Positions 44,443 through 56,672 of a stretch of DNA of 64,000 nt are shown here, piece after piece (within the stretch, counting starts at the first letter, position 1; every line of letters starts with the position of its first letter). This stretch comes from an uncultured delta proteobacterium (GTDB taxonomy: Bacteria; Desulfobacterota; Binatia; Binatales; Binataceae): NCBI GenBank assembly GCA_963724765.1, contig CAVRVY010000003.1, forward strand, positions 1 through 64,000, written 5' to 3'. The notes below the pieces were generated by a model. It was not told where the DNA came from. It saw only the letters and a program-made list of their open reading frames with translations, and did not search any database. The position numbers were made by a program, and so were the translations under genes.

Positions 44443-45159
44443 GCGAGGGCAAAAACGCATACCAGCCAAGTCAAGAACGCAACCGTCGCCGTTTCCAGTG
44501 GCACACCTCCACGGCCTGGTCATTCCGGACGAGGGTTTCGGTAGGGCACAGCTATACATCACGCGCGTCGGAAATCGCGGTGCCTGGCCGTTCACGGAAA
44601 GCGCAGCAACCCTTGTCAGGGCCACCGATCTGATATGGAGCGGTCATCTGGAGCTCGGACTTCGCCACGCTCGTGGCTCAAAACTTCAGGCTAGCGCATG
44701 GTCGCGCGGGATTTCATCACGCTACCACGTGAAAAACACCTATGCCTCCCGAAAACCTCATCCTGGATGACGCGCGGGTCAGCGTATGGTAATGAAGCGG
44801 CCGATGGTCGCGTTTCTGACTCAGCTGCTGCTTGCTATCCGGTCGCGGTTCACGCGGCGAGCGCGGCTTGAGGCCGAGAATCTCCTCCTGCGCCAACAAC
44901 TGGTAGTTCTACGGCGCAAGTTCCCGAAGCGCGTGAGACTGTGGAACATCGATCGCTTGCTGTTGGTATGGCTGTATCGACTGTACCCCTCGCTCCTGGA
45001 CGCGATCATCATCGTCCAGCCGGAGACCGTGCTCCGCTGGCACCGACGTGGTTTCCGCGCCTATTGGCGCTGGAAGTCCCGCCACGTCGGCGGCCGTCCA
45101 AGGATCGATTGCGAGATGCGAGCGCTGATCCGGCGGGGATGAGCCGCGAGAACCCGCTG

Positions 45160-45229
45160 TGGGGCGCACCGCCACCACCAGCTCGGTCTTGCTCACATCG
45201 ATCCCAACATAGACATCCTCCTCCATCAC
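45160..45229 (-). pseudogene. IS110 recombinase N-terminal stub
   Basis: MMEEDVYVGIDVSKTELVVAVRP: GIDVSK is the first DEDD RuvC motif; AAGGAG RBS upstream. Confidence 0.85.
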
Positions 45230-45429
45230 CCTGCTCCTTACTCCGCGTCCTACCCGTCCTTGTACATGCGGGCTTCTGCCTTGCGCGCGGCCCTGTCAAC
45301 TGTTCGAGCTGCGGACGCTTGAATTAGCGGACGCGACGATCCTGGCTAAACCACGGTCTCTTGCCGACCCAGGTTTTTACGGTCTGCCGCGCCCGCTGCT
45401 ATCTTCATACGCCGATTCTCAGATACAAG
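45230..45429 (-). ncRNA. IS110 left end encoding an IS621-like bridge RNA
   Basis: Starts CT-TGTAT; 12-bp stem 45326-45337/45386-45397 encloses TAAAAACCT and GGTTTAG; second loop has ACAGTTGAC and GTACAAG; exact RNA ends unknown. Confidence 0.85.
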
Positions 45430-45751
45430 GTTTTGACTAAGCACAGGGGTAAACGCTCCAACCGCGAGGCGGAGCCCGTCGAGATGCATCATCATCTGCC
45501 AGAGAAGTCCGCGGATGAGATCACGCGCGGGTCCTGGTCACACCTAAAGGGGGCCGCTTTGGGCGTCGCGTGCTGGACTGGTCCCGCGTGTTGGTCGGAA
45601 CTTTTTTCCCATGGTCGGAAGTTAAAGAGCGGGGTAGCCTACGACGGCGCTGCCGTGAACACTCCAGGCAAATATTGCATCTTCTGGTTTGCTTTAGTCG
45701 CGCCGAAGGACTAGACCGATTTCAGTCGTCTAATTTGGATGTTGTCTGCCT

Positions 45752-47134
45752 TTGTCGATGGAGGTCGCGGTGACTCCGAGCAAGGCTGGCCAGGCGTTCG
45801 TAGCAAGGGGCGTGAGTGCTATGGGACAGTGCCCAAGGGCGCTCGCACTCCTGGCGGTAGCGGTCGCGCTCGTCGCGGCGACCGTGTCCGTACGCTGGAC
45901 GAAGATCAGCACGTCGTTCCGTTTGCCCTTTCCGCTAGCCATCACCGACCCCTCGATGACCGTGATCAGCGCCATGGTCGAGCGCGGCGATCTATGGGGA
46001 GCCACCGCACGGGTTGGAAGCTCTTATCATTTCGACAAGCCGGCGGGCCTGATGGCATTGCGCTCGTTTTCGGTGCTCGTGCTGCGCCGCGGACTTCAGG
46101 AGTACGACCCATACGAGCGCTGCTATGCGACGAGCGCTTTAGCGTCAGCCGGTGACCGGGACGAGATCGCGCAACTGGTGAAAATCTTCCAGAGCACCCG
46201 AAAGCTCGGCCTGCAGATGGCCGTCGCGGACGGGCTGGGAGACGTTGGCGACGCGGACGCGGTGGAGGCGCTGGGTCGGCTTTACAGCTGGACCGCGCCT
46301 TCATACCGACGAATCGTGGTCAATGGAGCCGCGGAGGCCCACGATCCCGGAGCAGTCGAGCTGCTAAGCCGCGCGCTGACCGTATCCGACCGTGCGACGC
46401 GACTGACCGCGGCGAAGGGACTCGGCGAGGTCGGGAACCGCAGCGCCATCCCGGTCCTGAGGCGGTTCCTGGCTACCGCGCAGGACCCTTTCGAAAAGGC
46501 GACGGCCGCTTATTCGCTATTGCGCTTGGGCGACCGCTCCGCGGAGGAGATCGCCGAGCCGATTTTGCGTGGCCATGTCGATGATAATGCCCGGGCGATG
46601 GCGGCGGTGGCGCTCGGTCGTGCGCGCGACCCGCGAGTAGTCGGCCTGCTGAGGGAGGCGATAAGAGATCGCAATATCGACGTGCGAATCGGCGCGGCAG
46701 TGGCGCTTACGCACTATGACGATCCCGCCGGCCCCGAGTACCTGGAGGCGGCCATGCAGGACGAGGACTCGATGACGCGGCTACATGTCGGTCAACTCCT
46801 GGACGAGGTGGAGTTTCAAAACGCGCGCGAGGTTCTGATGGCGGCGGTCGCTTCGCCGGACCCCGAATTGTCAATGCTGGGGATTCGGGCGATCGGCTTG
46901 TCAGGCGGCGCCGGCGAAGTCGGCCTTCTCGTCAGGCTGGCGGACAAAGCCGGGGACCCGATCACTCGCGCCGAGGTGGCGTGGGCGTTGGGCAGAATTG
47001 GCAGTCGTGGCTCTGTCGCGCCACTGATCGCGATGGTCTCGGAGCTTGACCATACCGTGCGTTACACAGCCGCCGACGCGCTCGACCGCACGGCGATGCG
47101 GCTTTTGCAAAGCGAATCGGCCGGCGGCGCGTGA
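45752..47134 (+). CDS. Membrane-anchored or secreted HEAT-repeat protein
   Basis: N-terminal hydrophobic segment; repeated R..AA.ALG motifs; start uncertain. Confidence 0.8.
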   Translation: MSMEVAVTPSKAGQAFVARGVSAMGQCPRALALLAVAVALVAATVSVRWTKISTSFRLPFPLAITDPSMTVISAMVERGDLWGATARVGSSYHFDKPAGLMALRSFSVLVLRRGLQEYDPYERCYATSALASAGDRDEIAQLVKIFQSTRKLGLQMAVADGLGDVGDADAVEALGRLYSWTAPSYRRIVVNGAAEAHDPGAVELLSRALTVSDRATRLTAAKGLGEVGNRSAIPVLRRFLATAQDPFEKATAAYSLLRLGDRSAEEIAEPILRGHVDDNARAMAAVALGRARDPRVVGLLREAIRDRNIDVRIGAAVALTHYDDPAGPEYLEAAMQDEDSMTRLHVGQLLDEVEFQNAREVLMAAVASPDPELSMLGIRAIGLSGGAGEVGLLVRLADKAGDPITRAEVAWALGRIGSRGSVAPLIAMVSELDHTVRYTAADALDRTAMRLLQSESAGGA

Positions 47135-47231
47135 ACTAAGAAAGCGCGGCAGTAAAGGAAAGAGGGAGGAGGATATCGGTTTATGAGTTGAGAAGTCTCG
47201 AAACGAGTACGAGGGAGGACAGCGAAAGGTT

Positions 47232-48692
47232 ATGTCGATCAAACCGAGGATGACTGAGGCGGCGGGACTCAAGTATATGGCGCTGGCAGGGCTGTTGGTC
47301 ATTGCCGCTGCCTTGCTTTGCGTACGTCCCGCCATGGCGCAAGACGTCAAAAGCTATACCCGGGCCACCTTCGACCAGTGGATGGCCAAGTACAAGGATG
47401 CCAAGCCCGACTTCAAAGTGGGCGACGTGTTGACCGCAAAAGATCTCGAGCGCATGCGGCCTTTCATCTTTCCGGGCTACCTCGAGCAGCTCAACTTTCC
47501 CGAGTTCAGGGCGCCGATCGCAGCGCCCGTGGACCACACTCCGCGCAAGGACTACATGGCTTGCACGGAAAAGTACCAGTCGCAGGTAAGGTTGCTCCCC
47601 GACCACACGGTGGGCAACTACGTCTGTGGACAGCCCTTCCCTAATGACTCGATCAAAGAGGGCGACCCGGACTCAGGTTGGAGAGCGGTGTGGAATTACG
47701 AGTACAGATGGCAGAACTTTGGCTTCTCGTGCATGTGCCCTGCCACTTGGGACCGATTTGGCGGCACGCACGACATTCCGTCGTGGGAGCTGCCTCCGAC
47801 CGATTGGGTGGCCAGCGCAGGTTGGGCGGATTCGGGCGTCCATCCGGTGCTGCCGTCGGCGGAGGTGTTGAAAATGATCTATGGCGGCGGCGGAAACTTC
47901 CAGCGCACTCTGGACGCCTTCTATCGAAAAGTCTTTTACACTCACCTCGCGATGCTCGAGAACCATACGCTACCGGTGCCCGGCGCAGCGCAGTTCGAGT
48001 TCAAAGAATTTACCGGCTTCTACTCGCCGTTTGACATCCGCGGCACCGCGTTCATCATCTACCGCTACGCCGACCCGCATCGCGAAGACGACGGCTGGGC
48101 CTACATTCCCAACCTGCGCCGCGTGCGACGTATTTCGGCCGAGGTCAAGTCGGACTCGCTGCTGGGCACCGACCATACGCTGGAGGACTTCTACAGCTTC
48201 TCCGGCCGTGAACTCGAGTGGCACTGGCGTTTCCTCGGATGGAAGGACCAGCTTGCGGTTCTCGATTCCGTGCACGAGTACTCTTATCTGTACGGGCCCA
48301 ATGGGATCATCCCGAATGATACGTGGACGATGCGCCGCTTCGCGGTCATGGAGCGCACCCCGCTCAGCGAGCGTCATCCGTACAAGAGCGTCGTGGAAGA
48401 TTGGGATTCGCAGAACTACGACGCGTGGCTGATGGAGTCTTTCGACCACAAGGACAAGCTCTGGAAGGTCTGGGAATTCCAGAAGAAGTGGAGCGAAAGC
48501 TTCGATCCGAACGGCTGGCAGGCGCCCATCAACAAGGGCGCCTATTCGACCGAGTTCCAGTCGGTCCAGGTGCTCGACGTGCAGAACGATCGCGGCACCA
48601 TCTGGATCGTCCCCGGCGGATTCCCGAACCTGAAGGGACCCGAAGCGGAGAAGCTGTACGACATCAACAAGCTCGAACAGATCCACCGCTAG
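47232..48692 (+). CDS. DUF1329-domain secreted protein
   Basis: Signal peptide, GQPFP, WAYIPNLRRVRRIS, FSG, HPY, DKLWKV. Confidence 0.85.
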   Translation: MSIKPRMTEAAGLKYMALAGLLVIAAALLCVRPAMAQDVKSYTRATFDQWMAKYKDAKPDFKVGDVLTAKDLERMRPFIFPGYLEQLNFPEFRAPIAAPVDHTPRKDYMACTEKYQSQVRLLPDHTVGNYVCGQPFPNDSIKEGDPDSGWRAVWNYEYRWQNFGFSCMCPATWDRFGGTHDIPSWELPPTDWVASAGWADSGVHPVLPSAEVLKMIYGGGGNFQRTLDAFYRKVFYTHLAMLENHTLPVPGAAQFEFKEFTGFYSPFDIRGTAFIIYRYADPHREDDGWAYIPNLRRVRRISAEVKSDSLLGTDHTLEDFYSFSGRELEWHWRFLGWKDQLAVLDSVHEYSYLYGPNGIIPNDTWTMRRFAVMERTPLSERHPYKSVVEDWDSQNYDAWLMESFDHKDKLWKVWEFQKKWSESFDPNGWQAPINKGAYSTEFQSVQVLDVQNDRGTIWIVPGGFPNLKGPEAEKLYDINKLEQIHR

Positions 48693-48710
48693 TTGAGTTA
48701 TGTAAGGCGC

Positions 48711-48738
48711 CCTGCCGGGCCCCCCGCGGCCCGGCAGG
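48711..48738 (+). terminator. GC-rich hairpin after the DUF1329 gene
   Basis: CCTGCCGGGCC-N6-GGCCCGGCAGG 11-bp stem; no strong U-tract. Confidence 0.5.
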
Positions 48739-48839
48739 ATCTTCGACTTGGGTCTGCTCGCGTCTGCGGTCGGAGTCTTACGCGCCCTTATTCGACGGCA
48801 GGGGGATGAACGGCTGAGTGCATCTCGGCCGACGACCCC

Positions 48840-50134
48840 TGTCCCTGCTGAAAATTCTCACCCGACAAAAATCGGAGCAGGTGGCAGAGGCCAAGGACGA
48901 CCAGCTGCGATGAACCGGCGCGCGGCGCAGCCTGTACTATAAGCGGCTATCGCGCCAGATCTAAACTTTATCAATACGAGGATTCCGCAGACCGTGGTGC
49001 CGGCCGCGGCGCAACCAATGGCGGGCAGTAGTTGGTGCCGTCAGGCCGCGAGGCGCTGGTAACGATGGTGCAACCCGCCGACTTCCGGGGTGGCGATGAC
49101 TCGGCCGCTCTGCGGTGATTGTACGCAGCGCGAGTGCGGACAATCCTTGTCGAGTGAGAGATGCGTTCGGGTCAGGTGATAGTAGCCCACGTATGATGAA
49201 AGGAGGCGGCGCAAATGGCGTTCGTTAAGGATGATGACGTGGTCCAGGCACTCCGCCGGATCGAGCCGATCACGCGCTCGACGTAAGCGTTCTGCCACGG
49301 TGAGCGTGGTGCCGTGACGACCTCAGCGATTCCCATCGCGGCGACTCGCTTGCTGAAGACCGAGCCGTAGGAGGTGTCGCGGTCGCGCAGCAGAAAGCTG
49401 GGAGCCGTGCCCCACGGAAACGCTTCTATTACCTGCTGCGAAAGCCACGCCGCCGTGGGATGCTGCGTAACATCGAACTGCACAATCTTTCTGCGACCGT
49501 GAGCCAGGATGATCATCACGTAGAGCAGTCGAAACGAGACCGACACGACGACGAACATGTCGATGGCGGCGATGCCGATTACTTCGTTGCGCAGGAAGCT
49601 ACGCCATGTCGGTGAAGACGTTCCGATTCGTCGCACCATGTACTTTGCGACCGTGGCTTGGCTGACCTCGATACCGAGCTTCAAGAGCTCGCCGTGGATG
49701 CGGGGCGCACCCCACAGCGGGTTGGCGCTGTTCATCTGCCGGATCAGATCACGAACTTCGCGATCTACTGAGGGCCTTCCAGACCTTGAGCGCCAACGCC
49801 AATAGAGCCGGAAGCCTTGTCGATGCCACTGGACTACGGTGGCTGGCTTTACCAACACCATGAGGTTCAAGCACCGTGGCCAGACCCGGTAAAGCCAGAC
49901 CCGGAGTAAGCGATCGAGCGTGGAGAGCCGGACGCGGCCAGGACGCTGGCGACGCAGCACTGTCAGCTGGTGGCGGAGCGCAATGACCTCGAGCTCCAAT
50001 TTCGCGCGGCTGCGAAACCGACCGACGAGCCATGAAAGAAGCGCCAAGATAAATGCGAGCATGCCCGTGACGCTACGGCCGAGCTAGATAAATCGCTAGA
50101 CTTTTCGAGGCTTTCCGAGTTTTCAATAGGGACA
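48840..50134 (-). mobile_element. IS-B: second IS481/IS3-like DDE element, full length, frameshift near 3' end
   Basis: IRs TGTCCCTGCTGAAAATTC / TGTCCCTATTGAAAACTC; transposase 49172-50062 plus 49041-49298. Confidence 0.9.
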
Positions 50135-50418
50135 GGGGCCGCTTGCATGAGCAACCGCGGCTTCGTGCTGGGTCTCGTCCCGCTGGATTCGCGCTGAGTC
50201 TAATTCGGCCCGCCCCTACTCGCGACGGCGCGCCGAAACGGCGTTGCGTTCCGGCCATGCTACGGGCGCTTTCGCAGCACGCGCGCGCCACCGTCGAGAT
50301 GCTCGCGGCCGGCAGCGAGATCCGCCCGTCGTGATGACGCCGTTGAATGCGATATGGAGATAGAATCGGGTCTTAAAGCTAAGAGCCGTGCCGGCTCCCT
50401 CTCGGAGGTAACGGAAAC

Positions 50419-50730
50419 ATGCGGCGTGTTTATCCTAGCGAAGTTGTTCGATTCGTCGCGCAGTATTTCCCCGAAGCGGCGGAGGAGATTGAACCAACAA
50501 CCGTCAAGCATTTCGCTTTGCCATGGAGGAAAAAGGGATTCGTACGCGCACTCGTCGAACTGACCGAGGCGCTACCCCAGGACCTGATAAATTTGCAAGC
50601 CGATTCGTATTGCGCATTGCTCTCTGGCGTCGCTGCCCTTCACACTGCCCTTGAAGGATGGTCGCATCCGGAAGAACACGCGATTCAGTGGCTCGATGGA
50701 ATCGGCAACCCTCTGACCATTATTTGGCGC
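50419..50730 (+). pseudogene. Hypothetical protein truncated by IS debris
   Basis: ORF with GGAGG RBS runs into IS-A sequence at ~50737. Confidence 0.45.
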
Positions 50731-50736
50731 GAGTCG

Positions 50737-50994
50737 ATGCCAGCGGAGCACGGTCTCCGGCTGGACGATGATGATCGCGCCCAGGAGCGACGGGTACAGT
50801 CGATACAGCCATACCCACCGCAAGCGATCGATGTTCCACAGTCTCACTCGCGTTGGAGACTTGCGTCGTAGAACCGCGAGCTGTTGGCGCGGGAGGAGAT
50901 TTTCGGCCTCAAGCCGCGCTCGCCGCGTAAATCGCGACCGGATAGCAAGCAGCTCCATCATCAATACGCCCGAGTTTAGGTTTTCAATAGCACA
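50737..50994. mobile_element. IS-A debris: minus-strand 5' fragment fused to a plus-strand 3' end of a related IS
   Basis: RARLEAENLL..PETVLRWH on minus; LHHQYARV* then GTTTTCAATAGCACA on plus (50953-50994). Confidence 0.75.
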
Positions 50995-51168
50995 ACCCCT
51001 CGTTTCGGTCACCAAGTATCCGTCGTGGGTTTCTCGCCCGGGATCAAGAGGACGGATTCTTCCTCTGCGTGAGCCGCTTCGTCTTCCGGCGGAAGGTCGA
51101 AGACTCCGCATCCTTGCCCGAGTCTTCGACCTTTCCAATAGACGATTGAGCTCTCCTTTCTGCAGAGA

Positions 51169-53448
<2,280 letters not shown>

Positions 53449-53454
53449 TCAGAC

Positions 53455-53979
53455 TCATCGAGGGGTCTCAGATTGCTGTGGTGGGAGCGGTGGGGCGTGC
53501 ATTCGCTTCTCGGCAAGTTGGCACCGCCTGCAGAGAGCATCAATTTCTACCGAACAGCGCAGCAGTGCGAACTGTCCGAGGCTGGTTCTACCCTCGAGAA
53601 GCTTGTCCACTTCGGGTATCTCTACGTCATGCACCCGTCTGCATCGGACGCAAAGGACGTGGTGATGAGGCTCCACGTTGCCGTCATAACGCGCAAAATC
53701 GTGCAGAACCGTTACCTTACGCGCTTCTCCCACTTCGCAAAATTGCTCCAGAATCCGATGGACTGTGGCCAATGATACGTGGGGATGCGTGCGACGTACT
53801 GCCGCACAAATCTCGTGGGGGCTCGGATGGTTCTCCGAAGCGAGCAGGGCCCCTATGACTGCGAGCCGCTGGGGTGTAACGGCAATCCCACGCTTACGAC
53901 ACCGCGCGACGAACTCGCCGAGTCGCTGAACTGAGTACCGCTCACGCGACCGTCGATCCACCAGCCGGAGTTCTCGCAT
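53455..53979 (-). CDS. Fur-family regulator, PerR-like
   Basis: TPQR, ENHPS, SLATV, RYDGNVEPHHH, CVRC and CRRC; directly upstream of katG; start uncertain. Confidence 0.85.
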   Translation of the reverse strand: MRELRLVDRRSRERYSVQRLGEFVARCRKRGIAVTPQRLAVIGALLASENHPSPHEICAAVRRTHPHVSLATVHRILEQFCEVGEARKVTVLHDFARYDGNVEPHHHVLCVRCRRVHDVEIPEVDKLLEGRTSLGQFALLRCSVEIDALCRRCQLAEKRMHAPPLPPQQSETPR

Positions 53980-54308
53980 AAACCGCTCTTGGCCGACCAA
54001 CGACACTGAACGCGACCGACAACCAGCGCCCGAGAAAAAAGGAGATGACGGCTGACAGGTTGGATAATCTGCAGGTTCAGCCGATACCTGCCCTCACCTG
54101 CAACTAACCACTAAGGCCTACAGCACATCATGTAAGAATGTCAACCTTCGGGTCTCAGGTAAACGGTAATGGCCGACGTCGCGACAGCGCCGCGATATTT
54201 TCAAGCATCGATTCGCACAGACGGGGTCCTCGGTGACTTGGCTGCATGGAATCTAAGGGCAGTGAGGGGTATGACTAAGGAATTCACGGGTCTGACGGAG
54301 TGCGGATC

Positions 54309-54486
54309 ATGATCAAGACATTCCGATCTCGTGGCGCCGAACTGCTGTTTGCCAGAAAATCAGTTGCGTTGTTTCAAGCCATTGAGCTGGCGCAAGGTGT
54401 CGAACTGATTGTCCGGAGAAAACTGGCACAATTGAACGCGGCAGCAGAGCTCCGCGATCTGACCGTGCCGCCGGAAAACTGTCTAG
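54309..54486 (+). pseudogene. HigB/RelE-like toxin 5' part, interrupted by IS5
   Basis: MIKTFRSRGAELLF..RRKLAQLNAA.ELRDLTVPPEN. Confidence 0.8.
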
Positions 54487-55760
54487 CAGGATGCGGAAAA
54501 AGGATCGCATTTCTTTTTGATGGCATGTAGAGGAATGGGTAACCGTCGTCGGAGGAGGATGTGGTGATGCGCGGGACGGACCACGAGCAGAGCGGGATGT
54601 TCAGCTACATTTCGGCAGAACGCCGTGTGCCCACGGATCATCCGCTGCGCGCGATTCGAGTGATGGTCGATGCGGCGCTTAAGGAGTTGGGGCCGCGTTT
54701 CGATGCGCTCTACGCCAAGAGCGGGCGGCCGTCGATCCCGCCGGAGAAGCTGTTGCGCGCGCTTTTGCTGCAAGTGCTCTACACGGTGCGCAGCGAGCGC
54801 ATGCTGATGGAGCAGCTTGATTATAACCTGCTGTTCCGCTGGTTCGTGGGACTCAGCATGGACGATGCGGTGTGGGATGTCACGGTGTTCACCAAGAACC
54901 GGGAGCGGCTGCTCGCGGGCGAAGTGGCGCAAGGCTTTTTTCAACAAGTGGTGGCGCAGGCGCAAGCTCAGGATCTGCTCTCGGCTGAGCACTTCACGGT
55001 CGATGGAACCCTGATCGAGGCCTGGGCCGGACACAAGAGCTTCAAGCCCAAGGACCACAAGCAGACTCCGCCGGATGATCCCGGCAATCCGAGCGTCGAC
55101 TTCCACGGTGAGCGGCGCTCCAACGCAACCCACCAATCGACTACCGACCCGCAGGCGCGACTGTATAGGAAGGCCAGCGGCCGCGAGGCCAGGCTCTGCT
55201 ATCTGGGGCATGTGCTGATGGAGAATCGCAACGGTCTGGTGGTGAACACGCGGTTGACCCAGGCGACCGGCCGCGCCGAACGCGAGGCCGCGCTGGCGAT
55301 GGTGGAAAAGCTCCCGGGCTTTGGACGGGTGACGCTCGGTGCCGACAAGGGTTACGACGCCAAAGAGCTTGTGCGCGAGCTGCGCGACCACCGAGTCACG
55401 CCGCAGGTGGCGCAAAAGCCGGCGACCGCGATCGACCGGCGTACCAGCCGCCACCCCGGCTACGCGCTGAGCCAGTGGCGGCGCAAGCGGGTCGAAGAAG
55501 CCTTCGGTTGGCTCAAGACCGTTGCTTTGTTGCGCAAGACTCGTCATCGCGGAGTTGCTCGGGTCGGTTGGATGTTCACCTTCGCCGCCGCAGCCTACAA
55601 CCTGGTGCGGATGCGCACCCTGACGGTGGTCACTACCTGAACAGAGTCGCGAAGCTGCGAGCCGCGGACGCACTCGGCCCTCACGCGCCTCTCGACCCTG
55701 AAAATATCGAGTCGTGGAAACAGAGCAACTCATGACTACTCGGCATTTTTCCGCACCCTG
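54487..55760 (+). mobile_element. IS5-family element with intact transposase (54561-55640)
   Basis: IRs CAGGATGCGGAAAAA / CAGGGTGCGGAAAAA; flanking CTAG at 54483-54486 and 55762-55765; VDGT, GADKGYD, RKRVEEAFGW. Confidence 0.93.
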
Positions 55761-55761
55761 A

Positions 55762-56184
55762 CTAGAACCGGTAACACTCGAGACAACGAGTCATCACAGT
55801 ATTCGAATCAGTCATGCCTGGCAGCTCTGTTTCGAGTGGCGAAGCCATGATGCGTACGACGTTGATTTAGTCTGCAGCAATGTTCCTGGAAATCTGGTGG
55901 TCGCCGAAAAAGAACATGACTTACTACCGCCCATTCATCCTGGCGATATCCTGTTGCAGGATTTCACGAGACCGCACCTGATTAGCATGAATGAACTCGC
56001 CTTGGCGATGCGCTTGCCGCCGACTCAGATTGATGCCGTTATTCATGGGAAACTTGACATCACCGCTGATGCTGCCTTTGGGCTCGGATCTTTCTTCGGT
56101 ACCACCGCAGAGCTATGGCTGAACTTGCAGCGGGACTACGATTTGCAGGTTGCCGAAAGCGCCAAGCTCGCCGCAGTCGGCTGA
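55762..56184 (+). CDS. HigB 3' part in frame with a HigA antitoxin (HTH) domain
   Basis: HSIRISHAWQLCFEW..DAYDV followed without a stop by PPIHPGDIL..ITAD..FGTTAELWLNLQ; HigA could start separately at GTG 55897. Confidence 0.8.
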   Translation, partial: LEPVTLETTSHHSIRISHAWQLCFEWRSHDAYDVDLVCSNVPGNLVVAEKEHDLLPPIHPGDILLQDFTRPHLISMNELALAMRLPPTQIDAVIHGKLDITADAAFGLGSFFGTTAELWLNLQRDYDLQVAESAKLAAVG

Positions 56185-56479
56185 GATATCAATACGCGGA
56201 CCAGCAAATGACTAAGCTGGTTGCCACACAGCAGGTCTGGTCCAGGTATTAGCTGTGCGTGCGCCTCCATGACTGCGGCAGCGATGATCTCGCGCCGTCT
56301 GTCAGGAAGCGACGCGACGCAGGATGCCGCGCTTGCTTCAAGAAACGCTCCTTGATGGAATTGTTTGGTGCCTAGGGGTTTCTCCAAAGTTCACCTCTTC
56401 GGCGAATATAGCATCGGGAGGGCTTGATGCCTCCTGTGCATCGTCTGAGGATTTTATCAGGAGCCCCAGCCGAGGCGGA

Positions 56480-56672
56480 GATGCTCACGAAATCGGCGGC
56501 GCTGGTTGCGGATCAGATGGAGATGCGACTGGCTGCGAAGAAGGTAGCCGACCTGGAACAGGCCGAGCGCAGGATCAGGGAGCAATCCGCCAGGCGAACG
56601 AGGCGCTGGTAGCAGAGCGAGGAGCACTTCCACGACCTTTTCGATGAGGCCCCGATCGCCTATGTGCATGAG
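56480..56672 (+). pseudogene. GAF/PAS sensor fragment
   Basis: AALVADQMEMRL then SEEHFHDLFDEAPIAY in a shifted frame. Confidence 0.45.

Larger units (their letters stand above)
44741..45445 (+). mobile_element. IS-A copy 4 with nested IS110 remnant and internal deletion
   Basis: Left end TATGCCTCCCGAAAACCT at 44741; right end AGGTTTTGACTAAGCACA at 45428-45445; transposase cut at ~45172. Confidence 0.88.

Noticed and set aside
48836-50138. CCCC|TGT...ACA|GGGG flanks as a fixed target site
   Set aside because: Similar C/G flanks occur at some copies but not others; too few cases in GC-rich DNA.
54483-55733. 416-aa minus-strand ORF
   Set aside because: Antisense shadow of the IS5 transposase.
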